From an uncultured Candidatus Bathyarchaeia archaeon (GTDB lineage: Archaea; Thermoproteota; Bathyarchaeia; TCS64): 30,686 bases of DNA. The stretch covers positions 1 through 30,686 of the forward strand of contig CAZIKD010000001.1 in the NCBI GenBank assembly GCA_964539725.1, read 5' to 3'. Made by a program: the position numbers and the translations under genes. The notes beneath the pieces were generated by a model. The model did not search any database. It was given only the letters and a program-made list of their open reading frames with translations, and was not told the origin of the DNA. Within the stretch, counting starts at the first letter, position 1. Every line of letters begins with the position of its first letter. Below are positions 1 to 8,774 of this stretch, one piece after another.

Positions 1-52
1 CACACGGGTACGTCGTCAGGAAGTCGACAGGTACGGCCGTCTAATCGGCTAA
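1..52 (+). CDS. Possible 3' end of an upstream CDS (partial, frame uncertain)
   Basis: Frame 2 reads TRVRRQEVDRYGRLIG* (TAA 50-52) and frame 3 reads HGYVVRKSTGTAV* (TAA 42-44). The fragment is too short to choose a frame. Confidence 0.3.
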   Translation, partial: TRVRRQEVDRYGRLIG

Positions 53-54
53 CC

Positions 55-64
55 CGCGCGCGCG
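55..64. repeat. Intergenic (CG)5 palindrome
   Basis: CGCGCGCGCG read directly. It is one of six intergenic (CG)n tracts of 7 nt or more in the window. Confidence 0.9.
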
Positions 65-149
65 ACCATGTAATTATGAAGGTGGTTTCAAGGTATTAGG
101 GTCATCCCCACTTTCGGTCGACTCCCCGCCCTCGCTGGGTAGCTTATGG

Positions 150-155
150 TTTTAT
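150..155 (+). promoter_or_regulatory. Putative TATA box for the DUF763 gene
   Basis: TTTTAT lies 30-25 nt upstream of the ATG at 180, which is the spacing of a leaderless archaeal promoter. Confidence 0.5.
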
Positions 156-179
156 CCACAGACCGCGTTACCCAACTCA

Positions 180-1295
180 ATGGGCGCCTCAGCTACGGCA
201 TTGCTCCCCCTCCACCCCGGCAAAGCTCCCCGGTGGCTATTCAGTAGAATGGTTGAGTTAGCCCGCTGCATCACGGCAATAGTGATCAACGAGTATGGCC
301 GGGAAGGCTTAATGAACCGGCTGAGTGACCCTTGGTTCTTCCAGAGCCTGAGCTGCGTCCTCGGCTACGACTGGCACAGCAGTGGGACGACCACGGTCAC
401 CTGTGGGGCGCTCAAGGAGGCGATCGACCCAGGGGAGACGGGCTTAGCCATCGCAGGCGGAAAGGGAAAGACATCGAGGAAAGCGCCCACCGAGATTAGG
501 GAAAAGGGCCAGGCATTCGGCCTGGGCCAGGAAGTTATAGAAAACCTAGTCTATTGTAGCAGGATGGCTGCCAAGGTCGATAACAGTCTCATACAAGATG
601 GCTACCAGCTCTACCACCACTGCTTCTTTTTCGACGAACGAGGGAAGTGGATTGTGATCCAGCAGGGTATAAACCAGAAGAGGGCTGACGCCCGCCGCTA
701 CCACTGGCCCATTGACCATAGGGGCTTCGTAATGGAACCCCAGAGCTCAATCCTCTGTGATACCCACCTCCCCCACGTACTCGATATGACAAGCATACTT
801 AGCGAGGGGAATAGGAGAGCCTGTGTAGACCTCGCCAGGGAAAACCCCGAGAGGCTGCGCAGAACCCTCCTTGCCCCAGTACCGGTGAAGCAGAGCCGCC
901 TAGACTCCTGGACCGGTGCTCCTAAGCAGGAGCAGCTCGTAATGCCCCGCAGAGTCAACTGGGATACACTACGTGAGGTCTACGAGTTCCAGCCAAGCGG
1001 CTACGAGGAGCTGGTCGCCTTCAAGGGCATCGGTCCCTCTACAGTCAGAGGCTTGAGCCTTATAGCTGAGCTCATCTATGGGGAGAGGGCAAGTTGGAAG
1101 GACCCTGTTAGGTTCAACTTCGCCTTCGGTGGTAAGGACGGCGTCCCTTTCCCCGTCGATAGGCGCGCTATGGATGAGGCCGTTGACGTCATACAAGTGG
1201 GGATATCCTCATCAAATGTGAGGGATGAAGAGAAAAGACGCGCCTTCAGGCGCCTCCGGTCCTGCGTCCCCCCGATACCGGAGTTCAGATCCTAA
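180..1295 (+). CDS. DUF763 family protein
   Basis: N-terminal LPLHPGKAPRWLF, WFQSLSCVLGYDWHSSGTTT, GYQLYHH, IQQG and C-terminal FAFGGKDGVPFPVD are characteristic of the family. It also has an HhH-like KGIGPSTVRGL. Confidence 0.9.
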   Translation: MGASATALLPLHPGKAPRWLFSRMVELARCITAIVINEYGREGLMNRLSDPWFFQSLSCVLGYDWHSSGTTTVTCGALKEAIDPGETGLAIAGGKGKTSRKAPTEIREKGQAFGLGQEVIENLVYCSRMAAKVDNSLIQDGYQLYHHCFFFDERGKWIVIQQGINQKRADARRYHWPIDHRGFVMEPQSSILCDTHLPHVLDMTSILSEGNRRACVDLARENPERLRRTLLAPVPVKQSRLDSWTGAPKQEQLVMPRRVNWDTLREVYEFQPSGYEELVAFKGIGPSTVRGLSLIAELIYGERASWKDPVRFNFAFGGKDGVPFPVDRRAMDEAVDVIQVGISSSNVRDEEKRRAFRRLRSCVPPIPEFRS

Positions 1296-1563
1296 TGGCC
1301 TGGTTGATGACGAAAGCGAAGTCCGCTGGGCACGCACCCGTTATTACGGTCTTTTTAGCCGAGAAGAATTCACTTATAGCACTCTCGATAGTCGCGACGT
1401 CAGCGGGGGAGCCGATGAGCCTTGCCTCGAGTTCCTCCAAATCGGTCTCCGGCTGCATGAAGAAGTCGCCGGTCAGTTGGATGACCCTGATCTTCCCTGC
1501 CTCGACCTCGAGTTTCGCCCTAAGGAGCTTACCCCCGGGGACCTTGTACTCGAACCTTTTCAC
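1285..1563 (-). CDS. Lipoate-protein ligase C-terminal accessory subunit (LplB-like)
   Basis: YKVPGGKLL...I.LTGDFF..PE...ELE..L.G matches the lipoate ligase C-terminal domain. It directly follows the catalytic subunit with a GGAGG RBS. Confidence 0.85.
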   Translation of the reverse strand: MKRFEYKVPGGKLLRAKLEVEAGKIRVIQLTGDFFMQPETDLEELEARLIGSPADVATIESAISEFFSAKKTVITGACPADFAFVINQAIRI

Positions 1564-1567
1564 CTGG

Positions 1568-2335
1568 TTACCTCCTGTATATCCAGTCCTTGCTCGCGTA
1601 GCGTTCCCTGAAATGTTTAATGAGTCCCTCCTCGTAGGGTGTTAGTTCCGCTTTAGCAAGTTTTACGTCGAGGGCCTTTCTATAACCTTTTTCTAGAGCG
1701 TCTCTGACCTCGGGGAAGCCTATCTGCCGCCCAAGGAGGCGCCTGATTGTGGTGACTCGATCCTCTGCCTGCTGTATCATCTTATCGCTCAGCTTCTCCT
1801 TGGAAATCTTCAATACGCCGAACATCTCACGGGCGTCAAAGTCGACCAGAAGCGTGCCGTGATGGAGAACGGCTCCGTATCGCCTGATTTGAGCGTTGCC
1901 GGATATCTTCTTCCCAGCGACGACGATGTCGTTAATGGGCTTGAAGTCAGCTTTTATACCGAGCACGGCGAGGGCCTCAATAATTCCCAGGCATAGGTAG
2001 TGGTAGGACTCGATGGGGTCAGTGCTAACGCGGGGGTCGTCCTCCTTTAGGACGATGCTGTAGGTGACCTCTCCTCTCTCGCTGTTGAGTACGGCACCCC
2101 CACCGCTTATTCTCCTGTTCAAGTTGAAACCGAACCGCTGTAACGCCTCGAGGTTGACTTCGTCCTCGACGCTTTGGAAGTAGCCAAGGGTGACCGCGCT
2201 CGGCTTCCACATGTAGAACCTGAGGGTGTCGGGGGCTTTTCCTTCCCCGCGGGCTCTAGTTATAGCCTCGTCAACCGCCATGTTTGTGTAGGCGTCGTTC
2301 ACTTTAAGGTCTAAGAACCTAATGCTTATGGGCAA
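1568..2335 (-). CDS. lplA: Lipoate-protein ligase A, catalytic subunit
   Basis: NMAVDEAI, RRISGGGAV, NDIVVAGKKISGNAQ (catalytic Lys) and HHGTLL. Confidence 0.9.
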   Translation of the reverse strand: MPISIRFLDLKVNDAYTNMAVDEAITRARGEGKAPDTLRFYMWKPSAVTLGYFQSVEDEVNLEALQRFGFNLNRRISGGGAVLNSERGEVTYSIVLKEDDPRVSTDPIESYHYLCLGIIEALAVLGIKADFKPINDIVVAGKKISGNAQIRRYGAVLHHGTLLVDFDAREMFGVLKISKEKLSDKMIQQAEDRVTTIRRLLGRQIGFPEVRDALEKGYRKALDVKLAKAELTPYEEGLIKHFRERYASKDWIYRR

Positions 2336-2385
2336 ACTACTTCCAATCTAGGATAAGCGAGGAACGATAAAAGACGTTGGAGTAT

Positions 2386-2907
2386 TCACCACTTGTCTCT
2401 GTGGAGGACCTCGGAGACGGGACGCCTGAGGCGAGGTGGCGGATCCTGGTCGGGATAACCGACGGGTATCAGCGCAATTGGCCTAATATTCTTTGGAATC
2501 CAAATCGAAGCAGCAGCCATCCCTTCGTCGAAGGCACCTATCCAGCATGCGCCAAGCCCGTTGTGGGAGGCGGTGAGCATAATATTCTCAACCGCGGCGG
2601 CAGTGTCCTGTAAACAGTAAAGGGTCGTCCCCCTCTCACCGTACCTAGGCGCCGTCCGAGTGGGATCTGCACAGACAACTATGACCACTGGGGCGGTTGC
2701 TATAAATGACTGTCCGTGTGCAGCCTCAACGAGTGCCTCCTTTACATCTCGGTCCCTGACGGCTACGAAGGCCCAGGGCTGTGTATTCCCTGCGCTTGGT
2801 GCGTGAATCGCGGACTTGATCAGTGTCTCGACATCCTCGTCGGTCAGGCCTTTGGGTGCGAAGGCGCGTATACTTCTCCTCCTCAGTATGGCCTCTGGTA
2901 TCTCCAA
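2386..2907 (-). CDS. Nitroreductase family flavoprotein
   Basis: RRRSIRAF, APSAGNTQPW, AAAVENIMLTA and GLGACWIGAF. Confidence 0.92.
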   Translation of the reverse strand: MEIPEAILRRRSIRAFAPKGLTDEDVETLIKSAIHAPSAGNTQPWAFVAVRDRDVKEALVEAAHGQSFIATAPVVIVVCADPTRTAPRYGERGTTLYCLQDTAAAVENIMLTASHNGLGACWIGAFDEGMAAASIWIPKNIRPIALIPVGYPDQDPPPRLRRPVSEVLHRDKW

Positions 2908-2951
2908 AACTTCACCTGTGATGGTTTCAGCTCGGTGGCTTATATCGGCTG

Positions 2952-4037
2952 CTACCTAAGTCGCCTCGACGTATAGAACATGAGGACGATTGCTCCCACT
3001 AAGGCAACCGCTAAAAATATCATAGTGGGATCGATCCAGCTCGCCTGGATTCCCCCGGCGACCTCAGTCGAGGTGACATAGATGTTTGAGGATACTATCC
3101 TCTGTCGGGTTTCAACGCTTAGGGTTGTATACTCTTGTTTGTTTATCTTAATTGCTGTGACGATAGCGGGTGTGTACTGAGGGGCGTTCTGGATCGTCTG
3201 CATCGGGTCGTCGTTGTTTGTGAGTGTTAAGTCAACGGGTATCCAGCCCCACGGGGGCGTGTATACCATCGCCCAACCGTGCCACCCGAGCCCCTTCTCA
3301 GATATGGTTAGGTGACCGTCCCACACGGTGTCAGTACTGTCGATGCTTGAGCTGAAGACCGCGCCTATCTCGAGGTAGGCGGGGATGCCGAGGCTCCGGA
3401 GCATACTTATTAGGAGTATGGACTGGTCGTCGCAGTCGCCCCGCCTCTGATTAAGTGTCTCACCGGGGTAGAGTGGTATTTCGTGGTTGGCGTAGGTGAC
3501 GTTCGCTTGGAACCACTTGACTAGACGGGTGAGCTTACCAAGTACGGTGGACTCCCCGGCGGTGAGGCCCTTCGCCAACGCCACAATCTCGGGGGAATTC
3601 GACCAGAAGGTCTCAGTGGTATCCGTATACTCTGAGATGAGGGCAGCTGGGATGTCGGAGATGACCCCCCCTTTTGAGGCATCAAACTTGGGTTTCGCAG
3701 TACCGGAGGAGGTTATCTGGTAGGTGACCGTGTAGGTGAGCTTACCATTTGCAGGGATTGTGAGGCTGAGAACCGGGCCCGCTAGGGGGTTTCCGTCCTC
3801 ATCGGTGTAAGTGGGTCCGAGTGGAGGTGAGGATGATGTGACGGTGACAGTCTGCGATTGGCTATTTATGAAGAGGGGGACTGCTACGTCGTCCTTCTCG
3901 AGGGTGATCGTAGTAGCGCCCTTGTTATCGAATGTGTAGGTAATCGTGTATTTGAATTGTGTCGCCGCCTGGGCGGGCGCTATCTGCATTAGGAGGAGGA
4001 TAATGAGGATAAGCGGTGCGGCTATACTGGCTCTCAA
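2952..4037 (-). CDS. Secreted, membrane-anchored transglutaminase-like domain protein
   Basis: N-terminal signal peptide (LILIILLLMQIAPAQA), triad motifs GDCDDQSILL..MLRSLGIPA, HGWAMVY and WIPVDLT, and a C-terminal TM helix followed by RRLR. Confidence 0.85.
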   Translation of the reverse strand: MRASIAAPLILIILLLMQIAPAQAATQFKYTITYTFDNKGATTITLEKDDVAVPLFINSQSQTVTVTSSSPPLGPTYTDEDGNPLAGPVLSLTIPANGKLTYTVTYQITSSGTAKPKFDASKGGVISDIPAALISEYTDTTETFWSNSPEIVALAKGLTAGESTVLGKLTRLVKWFQANVTYANHEIPLYPGETLNQRRGDCDDQSILLISMLRSLGIPAYLEIGAVFSSSIDSTDTVWDGHLTISEKGLGWHGWAMVYTPPWGWIPVDLTLTNNDDPMQTIQNAPQYTPAIVTAIKINKQEYTTLSVETRQRIVSSNIYVTSTEVAGGIQASWIDPTMIFLAVALVGAIVLMFYTSRRLR

Positions 4038-4095
4038 CTCGGGCTCCGTCTTGGATGCGGACGCGCCGCTTAAACAGTTTACTAAAGGGGGGGAG

Positions 4096-4743
4096 CTAGC
4101 CCTTAGGGACCTTCTCCCAGTCCTTAGCGAAGATACGGAGCCCCTCGTCTGTTAATGGGTGTGCTAGCATCTTCTCGAGGATGTCGGGAGGGATCGTGGC
4201 GACATGTGCCCCGAGCATCGCTGACTGTGTCACATGGCGGGGGTGTCTGATGCTCGCGACTATCAACTTGCTAGGCAGGTCATAGCAGTTAAGCATCTGC
4301 ATCACCTCGCCGATGACCTCCATACCCTCGTGCCCTCTGTCGTCGAGGCGCCCCACGAAGACACTGAAGTAGGTTGCCCCCGCCTTAGCGGCTAGGAGGG
4401 CTTGGTTTGCAGAGAAGACGAGGGTGACATTAGTCTTGATACCGAGCTTGCTAAGCACCTTGACTGCCTTGAGTCCCTCTGCGGTCATCGGTATCTTGAC
4501 TACTATGTGCTCCCCGTAAGCGGCGAATTTCTTCGCCTCGGAGACTAGGTCGTCCGCCGTGGTGCTGCAGGCCTCGACGCTTATTGGCCCCTTAACCACG
4601 TCGGTGATCTCATTGACTACGTCCTCGAATCTACGCCCGCACTTTGCTATTAGGCTAGGGTTTGTTGTCACCCCGTCGACGACGCCTATGCTGTAGTATT
4701 TCCTGATCTGAGCGATGTCAGCGGTGTCTATGAAAAACTCCAA
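4096..4743 (-). CDS. tal: Transaldolase (small TalC/FSA-family type)
   Basis: [14 protein letters not shown], Schiff-base Lys in VVKIP, and ASIR. Glu in SVEA and Phe in SVFVGR indicate transaldolase rather than F6P aldolase (which has Gln/Tyr). Confidence 0.9.
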   Translation of the reverse strand: MEFFIDTADIAQIRKYYSIGVVDGVTTNPSLIAKCGRRFEDVVNEITDVVKGPISVEACSTTADDLVSEAKKFAAYGEHIVVKIPMTAEGLKAVKVLSKLGIKTNVTLVFSANQALLAAKAGATYFSVFVGRLDDRGHEGMEVIGEVMQMLNCYDLPSKLIVASIRHPRHVTQSAMLGAHVATIPPDILEKMLAHPLTDEGLRIFAKDWEKVPKG

Positions 4744-4849
4744 TTTGAGTCCCTTGTTGTTCTCCTATTTGTGCTGTTTTTGGATAACCCTTTCGGCGCA
4801 GCGGGAAAGGAATATTTAAAATGGCCCGCTGAAGCGATCCATAATTGAA

Positions 4850-5710
4850 ATGATAAGCAGGCAGCCCTTTGGGAATTCTGGACACGACAGCTCGGCCACT
4901 ATCTTCGGCGCTGCGGCGCTGGGCCTAGTCACTCAGGAGGTGGCGGATGAGACGCTCAATATCCTCGACAAGTATGGCGTCAACCACATCGACGTCGCTG
5001 CAAGTTACGGGGACGCCGAGCTCCGTATAGGCCCCTGGTTGGAGAGGCGAAGGGGGGACTTCTTCCTCGCCACAAAGACGGGGATGAGAACCTATGCTGA
5101 CGCGAAGACGGAGTTTCAAAAGTCACTCAAACGTCTCAAGGTGAAGAGTGTAGACCTCATCCAACTCCACAACCTAACCCACCCCGATGATTGGGAAACT
5201 GCTATGGGTGAGGATGGAGCGCTGAAGGCGCTCATGGAGGCGAAAAAGCAGGGACTCACCCGATTCATCGGTGTCACCGGCCACGGCCTCTTCGCCCCTG
5301 CTATGCACATGAAGAGCCTCAAGAAGTACGACTTCGACTCCGTCCTCCTCCCTTGGAACTACGTCCTCTACAAGGATGAGCGCTATAGGAGGGAGTTCAA
5401 CTCACTGATGAAGACGTGTAGAGACAGAGACGTTGCTGTCCAGACCATAAAGTCCATAACCAGGGGTCCGTGGGGCGATAAGCGCCACACCGCTGAGACT
5501 TGGTACGAGCCCTTCGAGGAGCAGAGGGACATTAACCTAGCCGTATCCTGGGTTCTCGGACAGGGTACCATCTTTCTAAACACAACCGGTGACGTGAGAT
5601 TACTTCCCAAGGTGCTGGAGGCCGCGAGCTTGAATGTGCCTAAACCGAGCGACGCCGAGATGGAGGAATTATCCAAGAGGACACAAATGTCCCGCCTCTT
5701 CGTAGGTTGA
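4850..5710 (+). CDS. Aldo/keto reductase
   Basis: [12 protein letters not shown] (Asp/Tyr), LATK (Lys), SLKRL..DLIQLH and RFIGVTGH. Confidence 0.9.
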   Translation: MISRQPFGNSGHDSSATIFGAAALGLVTQEVADETLNILDKYGVNHIDVAASYGDAELRIGPWLERRRGDFFLATKTGMRTYADAKTEFQKSLKRLKVKSVDLIQLHNLTHPDDWETAMGEDGALKALMEAKKQGLTRFIGVTGHGLFAPAMHMKSLKKYDFDSVLLPWNYVLYKDERYRREFNSLMKTCRDRDVAVQTIKSITRGPWGDKRHTAETWYEPFEEQRDINLAVSWVLGQGTIFLNTTGDVRLLPKVLEAASLNVPKPSDAEMEELSKRTQMSRLFVG

Positions 5711-5726
5711 CGCGTTTCATTTACTA

Positions 5727-5734
5727 GCGCGCGC
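5727..5734. repeat. Intergenic (GC)4 palindrome
   Basis: GCGCGCGC starts 17 nt after the AKR stop. ACGCGT at 5710-5715 abuts that stop. Confidence 0.9.
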
Positions 5735-5795
5735 CCACCCCCACCCGAGGCGAAACGCTAAATTCATATAATGAAAGTTATTTGTGGTGAAGAGT

Positions 5796-6098
5796 ATGGC
5801 AACTTATGACGTCAAGATAACCGTTTTGAAGAAGGTCAAAACGGGAGAGATACTGAAGGAGTATGGGGCTTCGACTGTAGAAGCTGAGTGTCCAGTCGCC
5901 AAGGAGGGAGTGGATTACATCTCAAAGGGGGGTAAGATGCCAGATAACTTCTGCGGCTGGGCCTGGGCCGACATCCAGAGGGATGTCGCGGTGCTAGCCT
6001 TTGGTGGAGAGTTCCCCTGGATCAAGAAGAAGGGGACGATGATCAGCTGCTGTACCGATGGGTTGCGCCCAGTCATCTTCAAGCTTGAACGGATATAA
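5796..6098 (+). CDS. TIGR04076 family protein
   Basis: FCGWAW..I...LAFGG.FPW....SCCTDGLRPVIFKLERI. A GGTGA RBS at 5786-5790 favours the ATG at 5796 over the GTG at 5784. Confidence 0.85.
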   Translation: MATYDVKITVLKKVKTGEILKEYGASTVEAECPVAKEGVDYISKGGKMPDNFCGWAWADIQRDVAVLAFGGEFPWIKKKGTMISCCTDGLRPVIFKLERI

Positions 6099-6176
6099 GC
6101 CTGCGTGCGATCGATAATTTCCCCACTAGTATGTAGACACTGTTTAACAGGTACCCCTCGGGGAATTTACTACAAT

Positions 6177-7085
6177 TTATCCAACATGTGGAGCTACGTG
6201 GTCCATAAAGTACTCCGTGGACTCCGCTTCCGAGCCATAGGGAAAGACTATAACGATGTGGCTCACCCCAAGCTCCTTATAGCCTCTCACGAAGGCTATG
6301 GCTTCCTCAGTTGTCTTCCTCTCCCACTTCTTAACGCCACTATACCTCTCGTAAGGCGCCGCGGTCCCCGACTTAACACCGGCTAGAGCGAGATGGAGGC
6401 CCGCTGATTTCCTGATCGAGCCGTAGTCTACACCTAATTTCTCGCAGTGTTTTTTGAGAATGGCTAATCGTTCACTGAATGTCTTGAGGTCGATATTCCA
6501 CGCGAAGTTCACTAGCTGCGCATGCTTGGCAGCAACCTTGAGCAGGTGATCGCCGGTGCCACCGACGAGGACTGGCATTGGGTTCTGAACCGGTTTAGGC
6601 ATAGCGACGCAGTCATTGACGCTGTAGTACTTACCCCTGAAGTCTGCACTCTGCTTAGTCCACATCTGACGGGCTATAGTGAGAGCCTCGTCCAGCTGCC
6701 TTACCCTTATTCCGGGGCTCGGGAAAGGGTACCCATACGCCTTATACTCGACTTCCTTCCAACCAGCTCCGACTCCGAAGTAGAGGCGTCCCCTGCTTAT
6801 CCTATCAAGGCTCGCCGCCATCTTCGCTGCAAGGCAGGGGTTCCGGTAACTTTGACTTGCAACCATTGGACCGATCCTTAACCTCTTCGTGTCGACGACG
6901 ATGGCGGTTAGGAGGGTCCAAGCCTCGAGGCAGTCGACGTCGACGGCGTCGGGTCGTATTAGAAAGTGGTCCGATGCCCAGAGGCTCTCAAATCCTGCAG
7001 CCTCTGCTCTCTGAGCGACCTCCCTGAGGTAGGGGTATTCGTAACCAAATTGCGGCTCGATCTGGACACCGTAGTCGATCTTCAA
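6177..7085 (-). CDS. LLM-class flavin/F420-dependent oxidoreductase
   Basis: AGFESLWASDHF, LEAWTLL, YRNP..AAKMAASLDRISRGR..FGVGAGW..EY.AYG and PVLVGGTG. Cofactor not determined. Confidence 0.9.
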   Translation of the reverse strand: MKIDYGVQIEPQFGYEYPYLREVAQRAEAAGFESLWASDHFLIRPDAVDVDCLEAWTLLTAIVVDTKRLRIGPMVASQSYRNPCLAAKMAASLDRISRGRLYFGVGAGWKEVEYKAYGYPFPSPGIRVRQLDEALTIARQMWTKQSADFRGKYYSVNDCVAMPKPVQNPMPVLVGGTGDHLLKVAAKHAQLVNFAWNIDLKTFSERLAILKKHCEKLGVDYGSIRKSAGLHLALAGVKSGTAAPYERYSGVKKWERKTTEEAIAFVRGYKELGVSHIVIVFPYGSEAESTEYFMDHVAPHVG

Positions 7086-7199
7086 GACAACCGATCCTTA
7101 TTAGGGATTGAGCTGTTATAGCTGTTGCTTCACTAAGCTCTTTCTCGATACTGAGGTGTCTTAATGCAGGTTGTTATATTGATTTGTGGTTAGTATATC

Positions 7200-8024
7200 G
7201 TGATTGATATGGGTGTTTGGCCAGACTCGAAGAGGATGGGAGTTGTTTTTAGTTTCGACCTCGATGCTGAGTCCCTCTGGACGGCGAGGGACCCTAAGAA
7301 CTTGGAGAGACCCGTGACGCTCTCCCAGGGAGAGTATGGTCCCAGGGCGGGAGTGCCTAGGATACTAAGACTCCTGAAAAAGTACGACCTTAAGGCAACT
7401 TTCTTCGTTACGGGTTGGGCGATGGAGCACTACCCTGAGACGGTTGCGGAGATCGTTGCCTATGGCCATGAGATAGGGCACCACGGGTACCACCACGAGT
7501 GGCTGGATAACCTCAGCCTCGACGAGGAGAAGGTCATCATGGCGAAAGGCCTCTCACTCATTAAAGACTTTGACTCCAAAGGACCTGTTGGCTACAGGTC
7601 ACCAAGCTGGGAATTCACCCCCAACACTATCAGGCTCCTGAAGGAGAACCACTTCAAGTATACAAGTAACATGATGAACAGCGACCTTCCCTACCTCCAA
7701 AAGTTGGATGGCAGTGAGATAGATCTAGTCGAGCTGCCTGTCAGCTGGATATTGGATGACGCCCCATACTTCCTATACAGCACCCGCCTGACGGGGAGGA
7801 CCATAACAGACCCCTCCCACGTCTATTCAATCTGGGAGCAGGAGTATAGCGGCTTCTACGAGGAAGGACTTTGCTTTGTCCTCACAATGCACCCCCAGAT
7901 AATCGGCCGCCCCTCGAGGATTGCGATGCTAGAGAAGCTTATCAAGAGAATGAGTTCCGATCCAGGGGTCTGGTTCGCCCAGGGGCGCGAGGTGGCTGAC
8001 CACTGGCTCTTGAAACGAAAGTAA
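7200..8024 (+). CDS. Polysaccharide deacetylase family protein (CE4, PgdA/PuuE-like)
   Basis: FSFDLDAE, GEYGPRAGVPRIL, ATFFVTG, HEIGHHGYHH, GYRSP and LTMHPQIIGRPSR. Confidence 0.88.
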   Translation: MIDMGVWPDSKRMGVVFSFDLDAESLWTARDPKNLERPVTLSQGEYGPRAGVPRILRLLKKYDLKATFFVTGWAMEHYPETVAEIVAYGHEIGHHGYHHEWLDNLSLDEEKVIMAKGLSLIKDFDSKGPVGYRSPSWEFTPNTIRLLKENHFKYTSNMMNSDLPYLQKLDGSEIDLVELPVSWILDDAPYFLYSTRLTGRTITDPSHVYSIWEQEYSGFYEEGLCFVLTMHPQIIGRPSRIAMLEKLIKRMSSDPGVWFAQGREVADHWLLKRK

Positions 8025-8032
8025 CCTGCAGC

Positions 8033-8707
8033 CTACGAGACGGAGCCAGCCTTCACCATCTTAGCGACCTGGGCCACCTTCCTGCCCAAGCCGCGGGCCG
8101 ACCTAAGACCTAACTCGTCCTCGAGGACGGCATTTAGTATCTTACTCCTCTTCGGATAAGTGACCGCCCCGCCACCGTAATAGCAGCCGGGAGTCTCCTG
8201 GGACCCCGAGCCAACGACTATCATGTCGTGGACAAGGAAATAGCTATGGATCATCTGAATGGAGGTCTCCTGTCCGCCATTCCTATTGTATCCGACAGCT
8301 ATCGCCCCACCTACCTTGTTCGAGAGGCCCCCACCGTAACCCGTCCTCGCATACCTTACAAAGGGCTCAGTCCTGTCGAGGAGAACCTTGAGCTCACCAG
8401 CGATACCACCGAAGTAGACGGGGCTCCCTATGATTATGCCATCGCTGCCTGCGAACTTCGGGTAGACCTTCTCCATGTCATCTACGAAGCTCGGGCAGGA
8501 GCGCCCATTTTTAGGCTCATCGAAGCACCGGAAGCAGGCGATGCAGGGGTTGATCTTGAGGGGGCGGAGGTAGAGAATTTCCGTTTCGACGTTACCCAGT
8601 TCTTCGGCGGACTTGAGGGCCTCCTTGACTAGGATCTCTGTGTTTCCTCGCCTCGGGCTACCAACAATCCCGAGTATCTTCACACTCGTATCGTCTTTGG
8701 TCATCAC
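8033..8707 (-). CDS. Iron-sulfur flavoprotein (Isf / multimeric flavodoxin family)
   Basis: GSPRRGNT, compact Cys motif CIACFRC-X9-C, GSPVYFG and RNGGQE. Confidence 0.88.
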   Translation of the reverse strand: MMTKDDTSVKILGIVGSPRRGNTEILVKEALKSAEELGNVETEILYLRPLKINPCIACFRCFDEPKNGRSCPSFVDDMEKVYPKFAGSDGIIIGSPVYFGGIAGELKVLLDRTEPFVRYARTGYGGGLSNKVGGAIAVGYNRNGGQETSIQMIHSYFLVHDMIVVGSGSQETPGCYYGGGAVTYPKRSKILNAVLEDELGLRSARGLGRKVAQVAKMVKAGSVS

Positions 8708-8739
8708 ATTACCCCAATTGACTTTTAACTATCACGTGC

Positions 8740-8749
8740 CGATTAATCG
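8740..8749. promoter_or_regulatory. Palindromic candidate operator in the isf/M20 divergent promoter
   Basis: Perfect palindrome CGATTAATCG directly upstream of TTAAAA (8751-8756). Confidence 0.4.
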
Positions 8750-8774
8750 ATTAAAACCTTTAGAGGGTAGGGCT

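Noticed and set aside
5735-5747. G-quadruplex on the minus strand (GGGTGGGGGTGGG)
   Set aside because: There are only three G-tracts, which is not enough for a canonical three-tier G4.
8613-8774. N-terminal extension of the M20 hydrolase
   Set aside because: It overlaps isf on the opposite strand and spans the promoter. The TTG at 8775 gives a normal-length protein.
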